DNA of 64,000 nt. Source: Longimicrobiales bacterium. Its GTDB lineage: Bacteria > Gemmatimonadota > Gemmatimonadetes > Longimicrobiales > Gaopeijiaceae. The DNA is taken from assembly GCA_965219445.1 (NCBI GenBank), contig CBDCNQ010000005.1, positions 672,001-736,000 on the forward strand, given 5' to 3'. Shown piece by piece: positions 42,137 through 52,101 of this stretch (position 1 is the stretch's first letter; every line of letters starts with the position of its first letter). A program made the position numbers and the translations under genes. Below the pieces are notes generated by a model that saw nothing but the letters and a program-made list of their open reading frames with translations, did not search any database and was not told where the DNA came from.

Positions 42137-43363
42137 TCACATCCCATCCGGATAGAGGGGCCCACCCAACCCCTCCATCATCTCAGCAGAGACCGGTTCC
42201 AGGCCCTGGAAATTGAACTTCTGCGCTCGTCTGCCTACGTTGACTTCCGCGGTGTAGAGATTGCCCGCCGGATCGGCAACCATGTCGTGAAGAACGTAGA
42301 ACTCTCCGGGCCGGTCGCCAACTTGCCCGAAGTGGGCGAGGGGCTCCAACGTCTCGCGATCGAACACCACCACCTCGTGGTTGCTTCGTTCGGCCAGGTA
42401 CAGGTATCGTTGCTCTGGGTCCGCCGAGAAGCCGATTCTGCTAGCCGACATGTGGGCGGTGGCGACCGCCGTGTAAAGCTCCGGAATGGGCCTTCCATGC
42501 GCCCTCTCGTTGGCACGCGCGGCGAGGACTTCTGGATCCAGCTCGGTCCGCCCGATGAAGACCTCCCTTATGTAGTCACCGTCCACCGTAAACACCTGAA
42601 ACCGCATATTGCGTCGGTCGGCCACGTACACGAGTCCGTCGTCCGAGACCTGCACCCCATGCACGTTATTGAACTGCTCGGGTCGTGACTCGTCCAACAT
42701 TTCGCCTTCGGCCGGGTCGGTCGGAGCGTTGCCGTAGGCACCCCACATCCGCTTGTATTCCCCGGTCTCCGCGTCGAAGACGATGATGCGCCTGTTCCCG
42801 TATCCGTCCGCGACGAAGAGCTCGTTCGTCAGCGCATAGACGTCCAGATCGGCAGCTCGGTTCACGTTGAGCGTGTCCGTGTTGCCCCGGCTTTGGTTGG
42901 CCCGTCCGATCTGCATGACGAACTCACCATCGGTCGTGAACTTCAGAATCTGATCGTCCCCCGCACCGCTACCGGCGATCCAGACGTAGTTGTCGTGATC
43001 CACATAGATTCCGTGCTCCGTGGCGGGCCATTCGTAGCCCTGCCCCTCCCCGCCCCAGCTATTGATGAGGTTGCCGTCCGTGTCGAACACCATGACCGGT
43101 GGTGCTGCTCTGTCCACTTCTTCAGGATCGACCGTCCGTGGGCGAGTGAGAACCCAGACGTTGTCATCCGCGTCCATTCCCAGGCCAGACGTGATCCCAA
43201 ACACCCAATCGTTCGGGATTATCGGCCAAGAGGGATCAACCAGGAACGAGGGTGCCATCAGCTCACCCACGTCCGTGGCTTCGCCGGCGTCATCAACCCC
43301 TCCTCCGCATGCCACGACGCCCAACGCCATCACGCAGGCACCCAGCCATATCTTCCTCTTCAT
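42137..43363 (-). CDS. NHL-repeat lipoprotein, peptidyl-alpha-hydroxyglycine lyase (PAL)-like
   Basis: Lipobox VVAC; VWVLTRP, EHGIYVD, VADGYGNRRI, VHGV, VADRRNMRFQVF and LHDM motifs. Confidence 0.8.
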   Translation of the reverse strand: MKRKIWLGACVMALGVVACGGGVDDAGEATDVGELMAPSFLVDPSWPIIPNDWVFGITSGLGMDADDNVWVLTRPRTVDPEEVDRAAPPVMVFDTDGNLINSWGGEGQGYEWPATEHGIYVDHDNYVWIAGSGAGDDQILKFTTDGEFVMQIGRANQSRGNTDTLNVNRAADLDVYALTNELFVADGYGNRRIIVFDAETGEYKRMWGAYGNAPTDPAEGEMLDESRPEQFNNVHGVQVSDDGLVYVADRRNMRFQVFTVDGDYIREVFIGRTELDPEVLAARANERAHGRPIPELYTAVATAHMSASRIGFSADPEQRYLYLAERSNHEVVVFDRETLEPLAHFGQVGDRPGEFYVLHDMVADPAGNLYTAEVNVGRRAQKFNFQGLEPVSAEMMEGLGGPLYPDGM

Positions 43364-43744
43364 GTCTTCTTCTCTCAAGGGAATGTACAAAGCGTTCATC
43401 AAGGCAAAGACAATGTTCATCCAGAACCGGAGGTAGGGCGCTCCGGGTATCAACAAGAACTCCAAAGCTACAGAGATGTTTGGAGGCAGATCCGAATCGT
43501 CAACCGAACCGATCGACTTAGGCGCTGTCAGAGTCCCCCACGAAAGACGACGGTCTTTTCCTCGTCCACCTGAGTCATGAAAGCCTGACCTTCCCGCAAA
43601 CGCGGAGCCGCTCGTCCGAGTGATGGTAATCGGCGCTAGGCTTCAACGGGCTGTACATATATTCAAAGCATGTCGCCAGCCCTTATCTGGAATGGGGACA
43701 CACAGCCGGGATCACACCCCCGGCTGTGTGTCCCCTATGCCGAT

Positions 43745-45082
43745 CTACTGCCCACCCTGCTGGGCCACCTGCTGCTGCCTCTGCTCCAGAAGCTTTTCCC
43801 TCTCCTGGAGCATCCACTCGTAGTCCTCCTCCTCCATCGAGACGAACCCGATATGCATGTGAGACATATCGTCGGCGCTACGCCTGCCAAAAATCACCCA
43901 CTGGTCCGGATCCGGGTTCCCCGGTCGCTCAGTGTTGTCATACCAAGCGGTCACCATAATGACCGTACCCGTGGGCAGCAGCGGCATCACATGATCCTCA
44001 TACGTGTAGGTGATATGCCAGTTAAACTGCCAGCCGGTCCGGCTCAGAATCTGGACACGACCATCCGGATAGATCGCCTCGATCAACTGCCCCGCACCAT
44101 GTGTATGCTGATGTCCCCGGACGCTGTAGATCATGCCCGGTTTCTGTAGCACGGTGACGCCCTGCGTCACTATTTGTCCGTGGGGCGGAATCACGATCTC
44201 CTGGGCCGCTGGTCCCTCGATGTTCCGGATGGAGGTGAAGCTCTTTCGAATGGACTTGAGCCGCGGCTCTGCATCCTCCGGCCAGAACCACATGCCGACC
44301 TCAAGAAATGCGTCTTCCACTGCCTCGATCCCGTCCGGGACGTAGTGGATGTTGAATCCGACCTCGAGCCCTGGCTCGATGATCCGGCCTACGTTCGGGG
44401 GAAAGACGTCATAGGGCTTCCCGATTGCGAACTTCGAAATGTTCGAATTGCCATGATGCGTGACCGGACGGCTCCCGGGGGAGGGCTTGGTCTCGATGGC
44501 CCTGGCATAGCGCGGCTTATCGAGTCCCTCCACCGTGACTGTCGGCTGCCACCACTGGTCCAGCCCAGTGGCTCGCACCGTATAAGGATCGGAACGAATG
44601 ATCAGATCGGGCGGGCGTCCGAACTCCTCCTCGAGCTGCCACACCGTCGCATCCGGCCACTTCACGGGCGGTGGCATGTCCGCCGGGTCGCCCAGCGGCG
44701 CGCCCGCATCGGCCCAGCGGCTGATCGTCGCGATTTGCTCGTCGCTCAGAGAGAGATCGTCCTTGAACTCCTGGATCCCCACCGTCCGGTCGATGTGCCA
44801 AGGGGGCATGAAGCGGCTCTCGACGCGCTCCTTGATCAGTGGCGCCCATTGTGCCGCCTGCTCATACGTCATCAGCGACATCGGCGCGATCCCGCCCGGC
44901 TGATGGCACATCTGACAGCTATTCTGGAGGATCGGGGCCACGTCCCTCGCGTAGGTGACCGAATTGTCCGCCGCCTGCGAGACCGCCTGCCCGGGAAGGG
45001 ACAGCAGGGCGGCCACAGCCAACAGCGGCGTTGCTACCCGGATGCTTGACCCCATCCAGTGGTGTGTTCTCTTCTTGCTCAT
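43745..45082 (-). CDS. Secreted heme c / copper type II (PHM/DBH-like) monooxygenase fusion
   Basis: Signal peptide, VAPILQNSCQMCH…MPPW heme domain, then THHG, NIHY, GHQH and DDMSHM matching the CuH/CuM ligand order. Confidence 0.75.
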   Translation of the reverse strand: MSKKRTHHWMGSSIRVATPLLAVAALLSLPGQAVSQAADNSVTYARDVAPILQNSCQMCHQPGGIAPMSLMTYEQAAQWAPLIKERVESRFMPPWHIDRTVGIQEFKDDLSLSDEQIATISRWADAGAPLGDPADMPPPVKWPDATVWQLEEEFGRPPDLIIRSDPYTVRATGLDQWWQPTVTVEGLDKPRYARAIETKPSPGSRPVTHHGNSNISKFAIGKPYDVFPPNVGRIIEPGLEVGFNIHYVPDGIEAVEDAFLEVGMWFWPEDAEPRLKSIRKSFTSIRNIEGPAAQEIVIPPHGQIVTQGVTVLQKPGMIYSVRGHQHTHGAGQLIEAIYPDGRVQILSRTGWQFNWHITYTYEDHVMPLLPTGTVIMVTAWYDNTERPGNPDPDQWVIFGRRSADDMSHMHIGFVSMEEEDYEWMLQEREKLLEQRQQQVAQQGGQ

Positions 45083-45098
45083 GTGTCGCTCCTGTCGC

Positions 45099-46061
45099 TT
45101 ATGGTGTGACCGTGACCCTTACATACGCATTCGTCCAACAGCAATGCTGCACCAATCCGGCAAGATTCTCTATTGCCGTAACGCGCAGCATATACTCTCC
45201 AGGCTCCTCAAATGTCGCAAACGTGGTCACCTCGCCCGGGTCGGCTCCCTCCAGCACGGTCTCTCGCTCGCTGAAAGTCACCTGGCCAGCCCCCTGGTGG
45301 TGATACCACGTCACGATCATACTCTCCGCATGCTCCGGTGCGTTCCCTTGCGGCGGGCGCGCTCCCTCCTCCGTCCCCGCAGGCTCCGGCTCGACGAAGA
45401 CTCTCAGCGGTAAGGGAGCCCCCACAGCTACGGTGAGCGGACCCAGGGTGATGCCGCGCCGGCCTTTTGTCTCCGGGCCGGACGGGTCGAATTTGAGCCC
45501 CGCAGCGACCGGTGCGTTCGTGAGACTCACCGTGTCGTCTATCGCATAGCCCTCTATCGTCGCTCGCCCCGGAACGGAATATGTCTGGCCCCCGTTGCGT
45601 AATGTCCAAACGACGTCCCCCCGATAATCATCCGGCACCCTTACGACGAAAACGCTCTGGTCCCTGTGCCTGCGACCGTTGTCCTCGGGTGCCGGATAAA
45701 AATGCGTCGGCTGGCCGCCGTTGAATTCACTCGGCTCGATGAAGTTGTCGGGCCCGATCGGGATATCGAAGGTCTCGTCATAATTCATATTGAAGTAGCT
45801 GTAGCTGAGAAGGATCGTGCCAGTACCCGGCTTACGGGTCCAGCCTTCAAAAAGAGGAATGACAGCCTGTCCATGGCTCAACACGTTCGCATGAGGAAAG
45901 GGAGAATAAAATGGGCTCCTACCAACTACTGTGAGCCCTGTCGCTGGGTCCTGCGGCTCACTTCTTGCGCGACCTGGTCGCGTTTGTGCCTCGAGGGGTG
46001 TCCAGCTCGCAAGCAGGAGCCATGCAATCAAACCCCCGCCGAAAAAATACCGTGCCTTCAT
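45099..46061 (-). CDS. Secreted hypothetical protein with Ig-like C-terminus (…HCCWTN…)
   Basis: Signal peptide, FEGW…YFNMN…IPIGPDNFIEP…QPTHF and ATFEEPGEYMLR. Ends 16 nt before the monooxygenase start. Confidence 0.7.
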   Translation of the reverse strand: MKARYFFGGGLIAWLLLASWTPLEAQTRPGRARSEPQDPATGLTVVGRSPFYSPFPHANVLSHGQAVIPLFEGWTRKPGTGTILLSYSYFNMNYDETFDIPIGPDNFIEPSEFNGGQPTHFYPAPEDNGRRHRDQSVFVVRVPDDYRGDVVWTLRNGGQTYSVPGRATIEGYAIDDTVSLTNAPVAAGLKFDPSGPETKGRRGITLGPLTVAVGAPLPLRVFVEPEPAGTEEGARPPQGNAPEHAESMIVTWYHHQGAGQVTFSERETVLEGADPGEVTTFATFEEPGEYMLRVTAIENLAGLVQHCCWTNAYVRVTVTP

Positions 46062-46453
46062 ATTACAGCTGCCGCTCTGTTTAGGTCTCCCACTCCCGGC
46101 TCGGGAACTCGGCCTAAAAGCCCCCCCCAATTTATTACAGGTTTGGATTCGTATCAAATTCGACCTCGTGCAAGGGGACGGCAGGTGCGTGTTGCATTAT
46201 ACTCGCGGCCTCGCAAGTTGAAACCCTGCTGCCACGAGTCATTCAAGCGCAACGCTTGATCATATCTGTCGACTCGCCATGCTGTCAAACCGCCTGAGGA
46301 CCGGATGGGATGCTCTGGTTCCGAAAGCTGAGCGTGGGTGTTTGGCGTGTGTCAGCGAACAGCGGGGAAGAAGAAGAAGAAGAAGTCAACATCATTGTCG
46401 GCATTCGCATGATCGACTCCTCGAGGAAGCCCCTGAGCGTGATCGGATGACTT

Positions 46454-47755
46454 TCAATGGATGATGCCGGCCAAACCCGCCTCCGAGACGACGACCAACA
46501 GCGCGCGTTGTATGGCCAGATGGCCGTCCTCGTTGATCCACCACTCACCGGGGGCGTGACTGCTGCCGCCCGTGCCGCCTCGGCTCAGAGTGACGGCCGG
46601 AATCCCTAGAGCGATGGGGATGTTAGAGTCCGTGGAGGAGCGTGCCAGCCTGGTAGAGACATCGAACTGGGCCGTAGCGGCGGCCGAGCGTTGGATCACG
46701 GGAGTGGACGGGGGCAGCTCACCCGAGGGCCGGTTTCCGATCCGGTCCAACTCCACCTCGAGCGCCGGGCCTTCCCGGCGCAACGCATTCTCACCCTCCA
46801 AGCCACGGTTCATCGCGTCTGTGAAGGCCCGCTCGATGCGCACCAGGCTCTCGGGACTCTCCGACCGCATGTCGACTTCCATCCACGACTCGGCCGGAAT
46901 GGCATTGACCGACGTTCCTCCTCCGATCCGCCCCACGTTGTAACTCGTCGGGGGTCCGGTGCGCGTCAGCGTGTCTGCCGCGTCCTGGAAAAAACCGACT
47001 GCCCTGCTCAGGGCGTGCGCAGGATTGGCCATCCCGAACGCGCCCCACGAGTGGCCGCCGGGCCCTGCGAACGTCACGCGGTAGCGAATCGAGCCCAATC
47101 CTCGGGTCACCAGGCGGTCCAGCCCGCCGCCATCGATGGAGATCCACACATCGATCGGGTCGGCCCCTTCCCGGAAGAGGTGCTTCATGCCGCGGAGGTC
47201 GCCCAAGCCTTCCTCTCCCACGGTGCCGATGAAGAGCACGTCGTCGGACGTTTCGACGTTGGCCTCCTCCATCGCTCTCAAGACGGTGAGTACCACGACG
47301 AGGCCTCTAGTGTCGTCGCCCACGCCCGGGGCGTAGAGCGTGTCGCCCCGCATTCGTACTGCGACGTCGGTTCCCTCGGGGAAGACCGTATCCAAGTGAG
47401 CGCCGAATGCCACGGTGCGCCCCCCGCCGCGTCCGCGCCTCAACCCGACGGCGTTCCCCTCAGCATCGACCCACACACTGTCGGCTCCCGCTTCTCGGAG
47501 AAGCTCGGCGAACCGCGCTGCGCGCGCCTCCTCCATAAAGGGTGGGGCTGGGATTTCGGTGAGCTCGATCAGGAGGTCCATGCCCCACGGGTCGAGATCC
47601 TCCACCCGACTCAGTGCATTTCGCACCGGCTGTTGAGCCGTCAGGATCTCCATCTCCTCGAGGTATTCGGGCTCGATGGTTTGCGCCGTTGCGGATGACG
47701 CAGGAAGAGCGGCCAGTAAGGCCATGAAGGCGAGCGGAGCGGCTGGTGCTCTCAA
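46454..47755 (-). CDS. Secreted M20/M25/M40 metallo-hydrolase
   Basis: AHLDTVF, PGVGDD, GEEGLG, GGHSW, NVGRIGGGTSVNAI and SHAPGE motifs. Confidence 0.9.
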   Translation of the reverse strand: MRAPAAPLAFMALLAALPASSATAQTIEPEYLEEMEILTAQQPVRNALSRVEDLDPWGMDLLIELTEIPAPPFMEEARAARFAELLREAGADSVWVDAEGNAVGLRRGRGGGRTVAFGAHLDTVFPEGTDVAVRMRGDTLYAPGVGDDTRGLVVVLTVLRAMEEANVETSDDVLFIGTVGEEGLGDLRGMKHLFREGADPIDVWISIDGGGLDRLVTRGLGSIRYRVTFAGPGGHSWGAFGMANPAHALSRAVGFFQDAADTLTRTGPPTSYNVGRIGGGTSVNAIPAESWMEVDMRSESPESLVRIERAFTDAMNRGLEGENALRREGPALEVELDRIGNRPSGELPPSTPVIQRSAAATAQFDVSTRLARSSTDSNIPIALGIPAVTLSRGGTGGSSHAPGEWWINEDGHLAIQRALLVVVSEAGLAGIIH

Positions 47756-47866
47756 GGGTCATACTCCGATCGTTGGGGTCTCGAAGTGATCGTTCAGTCC
47801 AGCAAACTTAGGGCCCGAAGCCGTCGCGTCTACCGTTCCGCCACTCCGGCCCGAGCGGCTAGCGAC

Positions 47867-49042
47867 CTAACGCGACCATTGCCGCCTCAACCGAAACGTG
47901 ACGATCGCGAGAAGTACAGCAAGGAGCACCGCCACACGTGCCCACGTTCCGGTGAGTCGCCGTGAGAGGACAGTCTCCCTTTCGTCGACGGCAAGCCGCC
48001 TCTCCCCCGGGTAGTCCACGGAGAACAGGCCGAACCCAGGGCGGAGGTCCAAGACGAAGGTGAAGGGCCGCGTCATGTCCACAGCCGGGTCGAGTAGGAG
48101 AACCCTCAACATCCGAACCTGACCGTCGAGCTTTCCCGCCCGGGGCGGGCCGAATAGGAGGACCCCGGGCGGCGCCAGACCCAGGGTGTCACCGCCCTGC
48201 ACAATCGAGAGCCGCCCGAGGTTGAGAGCCCCGGCCGAGGGCCCGTCCACGCCGGCCAGAACGAGATGCCGCTCCTGGGCAAGGGGCCCCGCCCGCTCTA
48301 GCGCCTGAGCCAACATCTCCGACCCGATCAGGAGCTCCGCGACCGCCTCGTCCCTAAGATAGACTAGGGTGACATCGGCAGCGGTCCGCTCTTCGTCCAG
48401 GACGAGGATCTGCTGCACCAGCCCCCGAAAGAGCATCTGCGTCCAGGACAGCCGCTCGAGTTCACCCAGCGCAACCGACACCGGGTCCAAAAGGGGCGCC
48501 TCCGTGGCGGAGGACACCGATCCAAGACGGTACGCCAAAGCCACCTCTCGGGCCGCGTTCCGTATTCCTCGGGACGTGGCATCGACGGTGATCGTTGCGC
48601 CCGTGATGCCATCCACATCCCGCCGTACCTGAAACGCGTCCAGAATACTCTTCCCGGTGAACTGCTCCTGGAATCCAGGGGTTGCGAGGAAGTCACCGCG
48701 GCTGCTCCGGAGCGATTCGACATAGCGGACCACGACGATCCCGGTGAGTACACCTCTCAGGTCCATCCCGACGAGTACCTCGATGGGCCCGTTGAATCCC
48801 ATCTGTTCGGGCGGCAGATCAGAGGTGAGGAAGGCGTAACCGACCAGGGTCTCCTGTCCGGATACGGGGTCACTTCGGTACGCCTCGAAGACGGGTGGCT
48901 GGCCCTGCCGGTCCGTGAACCGATCGGCTTCGGGCACCACCCTCTCGAGTAGGGTCAGCCACTCCTCGGGTGTGTCCTGAGCCGAGGACGAGACCGGGGC
49001 GATCAATGTCAGAGCCCAGGCGGCCAGAACGGTCACGAGCAT
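47867..49042 (-). CDS. FMN-binding (NosR/RnfG/NqrC-type flavinylated) membrane-anchored protein
   Basis: GFNGPIEVLVG and DVDGITGATIT (ApbE flavinylation motif); signal peptide and one C-terminal TM helix; no Fe-S cysteines. Confidence 0.75.
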   Translation of the reverse strand: MLVTVLAAWALTLIAPVSSSAQDTPEEWLTLLERVVPEADRFTDRQGQPPVFEAYRSDPVSGQETLVGYAFLTSDLPPEQMGFNGPIEVLVGMDLRGVLTGIVVVRYVESLRSSRGDFLATPGFQEQFTGKSILDAFQVRRDVDGITGATITVDATSRGIRNAAREVALAYRLGSVSSATEAPLLDPVSVALGELERLSWTQMLFRGLVQQILVLDEERTAADVTLVYLRDEAVAELLIGSEMLAQALERAGPLAQERHLVLAGVDGPSAGALNLGRLSIVQGGDTLGLAPPGVLLFGPPRAGKLDGQVRMLRVLLLDPAVDMTRPFTFVLDLRPGFGLFSVDYPGERRLAVDERETVLSRRLTGTWARVAVLLAVLLAIVTFRLRRQWSR

Positions 49043-49069
49043 GGCCGACCGAAGCCCCAACGGCAGCGC

Positions 49070-49861
49070 TCAGAGAGGCTTGTCCGGGTTGGCGATGGTA
49101 CGCCACATGTGCGCGGACGGACTGTTGTCGTAGCCGAGCCCTTCCGCCGGACTCTTGAAGTTTCGCCCGATGATGTCGACGAATGGGTCGATGGAGAGCT
49201 CAACACCCTCTTGGAAGCCGTACAAATCGTTCACCGTGATAAGGCGAGATTCCATATACCATCGGTGGCGGCGCGCCTCCTCGTAGGCTCGCCGGATGTA
49301 GTCGGGTGGTACGTAATCCTCGCCGAAGATCCGGTTGTAGAGATCGAACGGATAGTCGTAGCCCACGGTATCATCCGGGTAGAAGCGGAGGGCCCCGTGG
49401 TAGCGGATGCCCCAGCTGATCCGCTCGTCGACGTACGGCTCGTAGAGCTGGGCGCCCCACCAACCGTGGTCGGCCCTGATCAGCCCCTGAACCCCATCGT
49501 GTAGCAAACAAGCCATCACGGTGCGTTCAGGCTGCCCGGTCTCGAGCGCGTGGGTGGCGCTTTGGAGGCAATGGTTGCCCCCCGTGAGCCGAAGTCGGAA
49601 GAAATCGAGGAAGGTGGGGTTGTCCGGCATGGGCTCGAGCGGTTCGGCCCGCGGGAGAAGAAGTCTGCCGGTGCCGCGGGGGGTTTGGGCCTGCTGCTCC
49701 TCGGCCTCTTCGGCCTCTTCGGCCGTCACGGACGTCGTTTCGGGCTTTTCGAGCAGGTCCATCATGTAGTGCTCGAGCGCCTCTGCCTTATCCTCCGGAT
49801 CCATGAATTCCAGCGTCCCGACGCCCAGCGTGGCCAAGAAGGCTCGGCGGTCGACTTCCAT
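49070..49861 (-). CDS. HD-domain protein, PhnZ/MIOX-like, with twin-arginine-like N-terminus
   Basis: DRRAFL; NHCLQSA, ACLLHD, DHG…GA, IRYH and NDLY motifs. Confidence 0.6.
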   Translation of the reverse strand: MEVDRRAFLATLGVGTLEFMDPEDKAEALEHYMMDLLEKPETTSVTAEEAEEAEEQQAQTPRGTGRLLLPRAEPLEPMPDNPTFLDFFRLRLTGGNHCLQSATHALETGQPERTVMACLLHDGVQGLIRADHGWWGAQLYEPYVDERISWGIRYHGALRFYPDDTVGYDYPFDLYNRIFGEDYVPPDYIRRAYEEARRHRWYMESRLITVNDLYGFQEGVELSIDPFVDIIGRNFKSPAEGLGYDNSPSAHMWRTIANPDKPL

Positions 49862-49998
49862 AGCGCCCCTCCCTGTTGCAGAGGCCCGGACGACGTCGCC
49901 GGGCCCCCGTGGTCCAGCGCAGAAGATCCGCCACCCCAGTCGAGCATATTAGGTCGATCAGGTGAGCGGCGCTAATCAGGTGCGGTGATCGGTAGCTA

Positions 49999-51086
49999 TC
50001 AGGTGGGAGCCTGGCCGTCGACGTCCGCCCGGTCAGGCTCGGACAAGAGGGCAGTGAGACGGTCGAGCGCTTCATCGAGCTCGATGCCGAACCTCGCCAT
50101 GGCCTGGCAGGCGCGCACGAGCAGAAAACGTGGGAGGCGTCCCTCGGCCAGCATCTTCCAACGCACCTCGGTCCCACCGTCAGACGGCTTGAACTCCACG
50201 GTGCTCAGCATGCGAAGAGGTCCTCGGTTGAATCGGACCGTGTAGTAGTCGAACGGATGCCAATCCAGAACCTGCTCGACGACCTTCGATATCGTGCAGT
50301 GATTCTGCGTCCCACGGCCGGTGCGGCCAGTGGGGCGAGCCAGCGGCTGCCAGTCCGACCCGGGCATCCACCGGGATCGCTTGACAGGGTCATTGAACCA
50401 GTCCCAGGTGATGGCGGGCGAAGCGTCGAACCTCCTCGAGACGGAGACATGTGCGTCCTCGGCTTCGACGAGGACACGACGGCCCTCCACCAGGTCGACG
50501 TACCGACCATCGAGATCGAGCCCGAGCACTCTGGTCTCGCCCAGATGCTCGTACTCTTCGACGATCTCGTGCATCCCGCTCGACTCTACGCCCATCCGCT
50601 CGAGGCTCGACTCCGAGAAAAGAGCGTAGGCGTGCCATCCGGTCTCCTCGGTCACGTGGTTCTTGAGCAGCCGGTGAGCGAGGTTCACAGAGGAACCGAG
50701 CGGCTTGCTCCTACCGGCCACATTCTGCAGGACGAACTCCCCGAAGTGGGTGACGAACTTCAGATCCAGATGATCGATGGACTGGCAGGCCAGGCAGCGA
50801 CACGTGGCGTTGCGGCTCATGGTCTGGCGAAGGTCACGGAACGCCGTATGGCATCTACCAGATCGAAGATGAGCTCCCCGCGCGACACTCCTTCCTCGAG
50901 CCCGTACACGAAAACCGCGTCGCCCTCCACCTCGGCAAGTTGAAAAGCCGGTGTCAGCTGACCGATGATTGTGCGGATGACGTTCTCGAGGACCCCCTGA
51001 GCATGATCCAGTTCGGTGCCCTCGAGAAAGGCCGTGAAGCCGGAGATGTCCGCGAGGAGGAGATATCCTTTCTGGATTGACGACAC
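49999..51086 (-). pseudogene. DUF2652 (nucleotide-cyclase-like) + SRPBCC domain gene, frameshifted near 50849
   Basis: ORF 50817..51086 (GYLLLADISGFT…EVEGDAVF) continues in another frame as AFRDL…CRCLAC…LDLKFVTHFG…LAHRLLKN followed by an SRPBCC-like domain. Confidence 0.85.
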
Positions 51087-51218
51087 GGGTAGGATCCGGA
51101 GCTAGGTGGACGGGGTCGGTGTCTTCGGCCGGCGCATCGACGCTCACGCAACGTATTCCGTGATCCTCATCGTTAGCAACACAGGCGATCGACTCCCGCT
51201 TCACCCCCCAACGCTGGC

Positions 51219-51653
51219 GTGAGACCCGGCGCCGCGCTGCTGCCCCTGGAATCGATCGCCACCGAGCAGTGGGGCGCGCATCTGCCCGTACACCGCATCT
51301 TCACGCTCCTGTTCGTTCCTACCGCATTCGTGATCGTGGCGACGGCGGGCTTCGCGCTCGGCGTCGGTCTGCGAAAGCCTCGACTTGGGTTGAGCCTGGC
51401 GTGGCGTGCAGGATCGGCCGGTGCCTTGGCCTTTCTCGTCGTTAACCTGCTGATGGAAGGGATGGGATGGCAGGTGGGCGGTCCGGGCGCGGCCGAGCGG
51501 TACACAATGCTCACGGTAACGTTCTCGGGGAACCTGGGCTGCGCGCTGACGGCCGGGGCAGTGATCGGCTCCGGATTGTGGGCCGAGGGCGCTCGGTCGT
51601 CCGCGAACGGGCTCCTCTACTCGGCCGATTCCCTTACTCGGCCGATTCCCTGA
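51219..51653 (+). CDS. Membrane protein, probably a 5'-truncated fragment
   Basis: Three hydrophobic segments and no convincing start or RBS. Overlaps the convergent gene at a tandem duplication. Confidence 0.4.
   Translation: MRPGAALLPLESIATEQWGAHLPVHRIFTLLFVPTAFVIVATAGFALGVGLRKPRLGLSLAWRAGSAGALAFLVVNLLMEGMGWQVGGPGAAERYTMLTVTFSGNLGCALTAGAVIGSGLWAEGARSSANGLLYSADSLTRPIP
51618..51651. repeat. Perfect 17-bp tandem duplication
   Basis: TACTCGGCCGATTCCCT at 51618-51634 and 51635-51651. Confidence 0.95.
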
Positions 51654-52101
51654 AAGCCCTTGCGGTCAAGAGCACGGAGATAAACAGGAGCAAGGCTCCG
51701 GGCGGCACAAGAATTACGCCGACGCCGGGATCACCTCCGTAAATGAACACTCCTCCGAGAAAGAAGCCGAGGGGGATGAGAGCCAGCGCGCCCAGGAGAC
51801 ACCTCGAGGCGAGAACTCGGCTGGACGTCTTCCAGTCGGGCGTCAGGCGGATCGACATCGCGAAGACCAGGTTGAGAACGGAGAGCAGGGTGCCGTGAGC
51901 GTGCGCGAGGGTCCATACCAGGCGGCGCGTGCTATTGGAGACGTCGAGGTAAAAGCCGACCTTGAACCCGTGCAGGGTCTCCAGGACCAGCCCGAGCGTG
52001 AGGAACAGGAGGAGGGACCACCATCCCACCCGGAGATGCAATCGGGAGGTATCCGCAAGGGCTGGGGAGCCTTGCCCCGAGGCGCCGGATTGGCCACTCA
52101 T
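51634..52101 (-). CDS. Four-helix membrane protein coupled to the multiheme cytochrome
   Basis: ATG overlaps the cytochrome stop; LETLHG and TLAHAHG His residues in or near TM helices. Confidence 0.75.
   Translation of the reverse strand: MSGQSGASGQGSPALADTSRLHLRVGWWSLLLFLTLGLVLETLHGFKVGFYLDVSNSTRRLVWTLAHAHGTLLSVLNLVFAMSIRLTPDWKTSSRVLASRCLLGALALIPLGFFLGGVFIYGGDPGVGVILVPPGALLLFISVLLTARAFRESAE

Noticed and set aside
46367..46385. (GAA)6 microsatellite
   Set aside because: Short, intergenic, and not inside a credible ORF or evident promoter.
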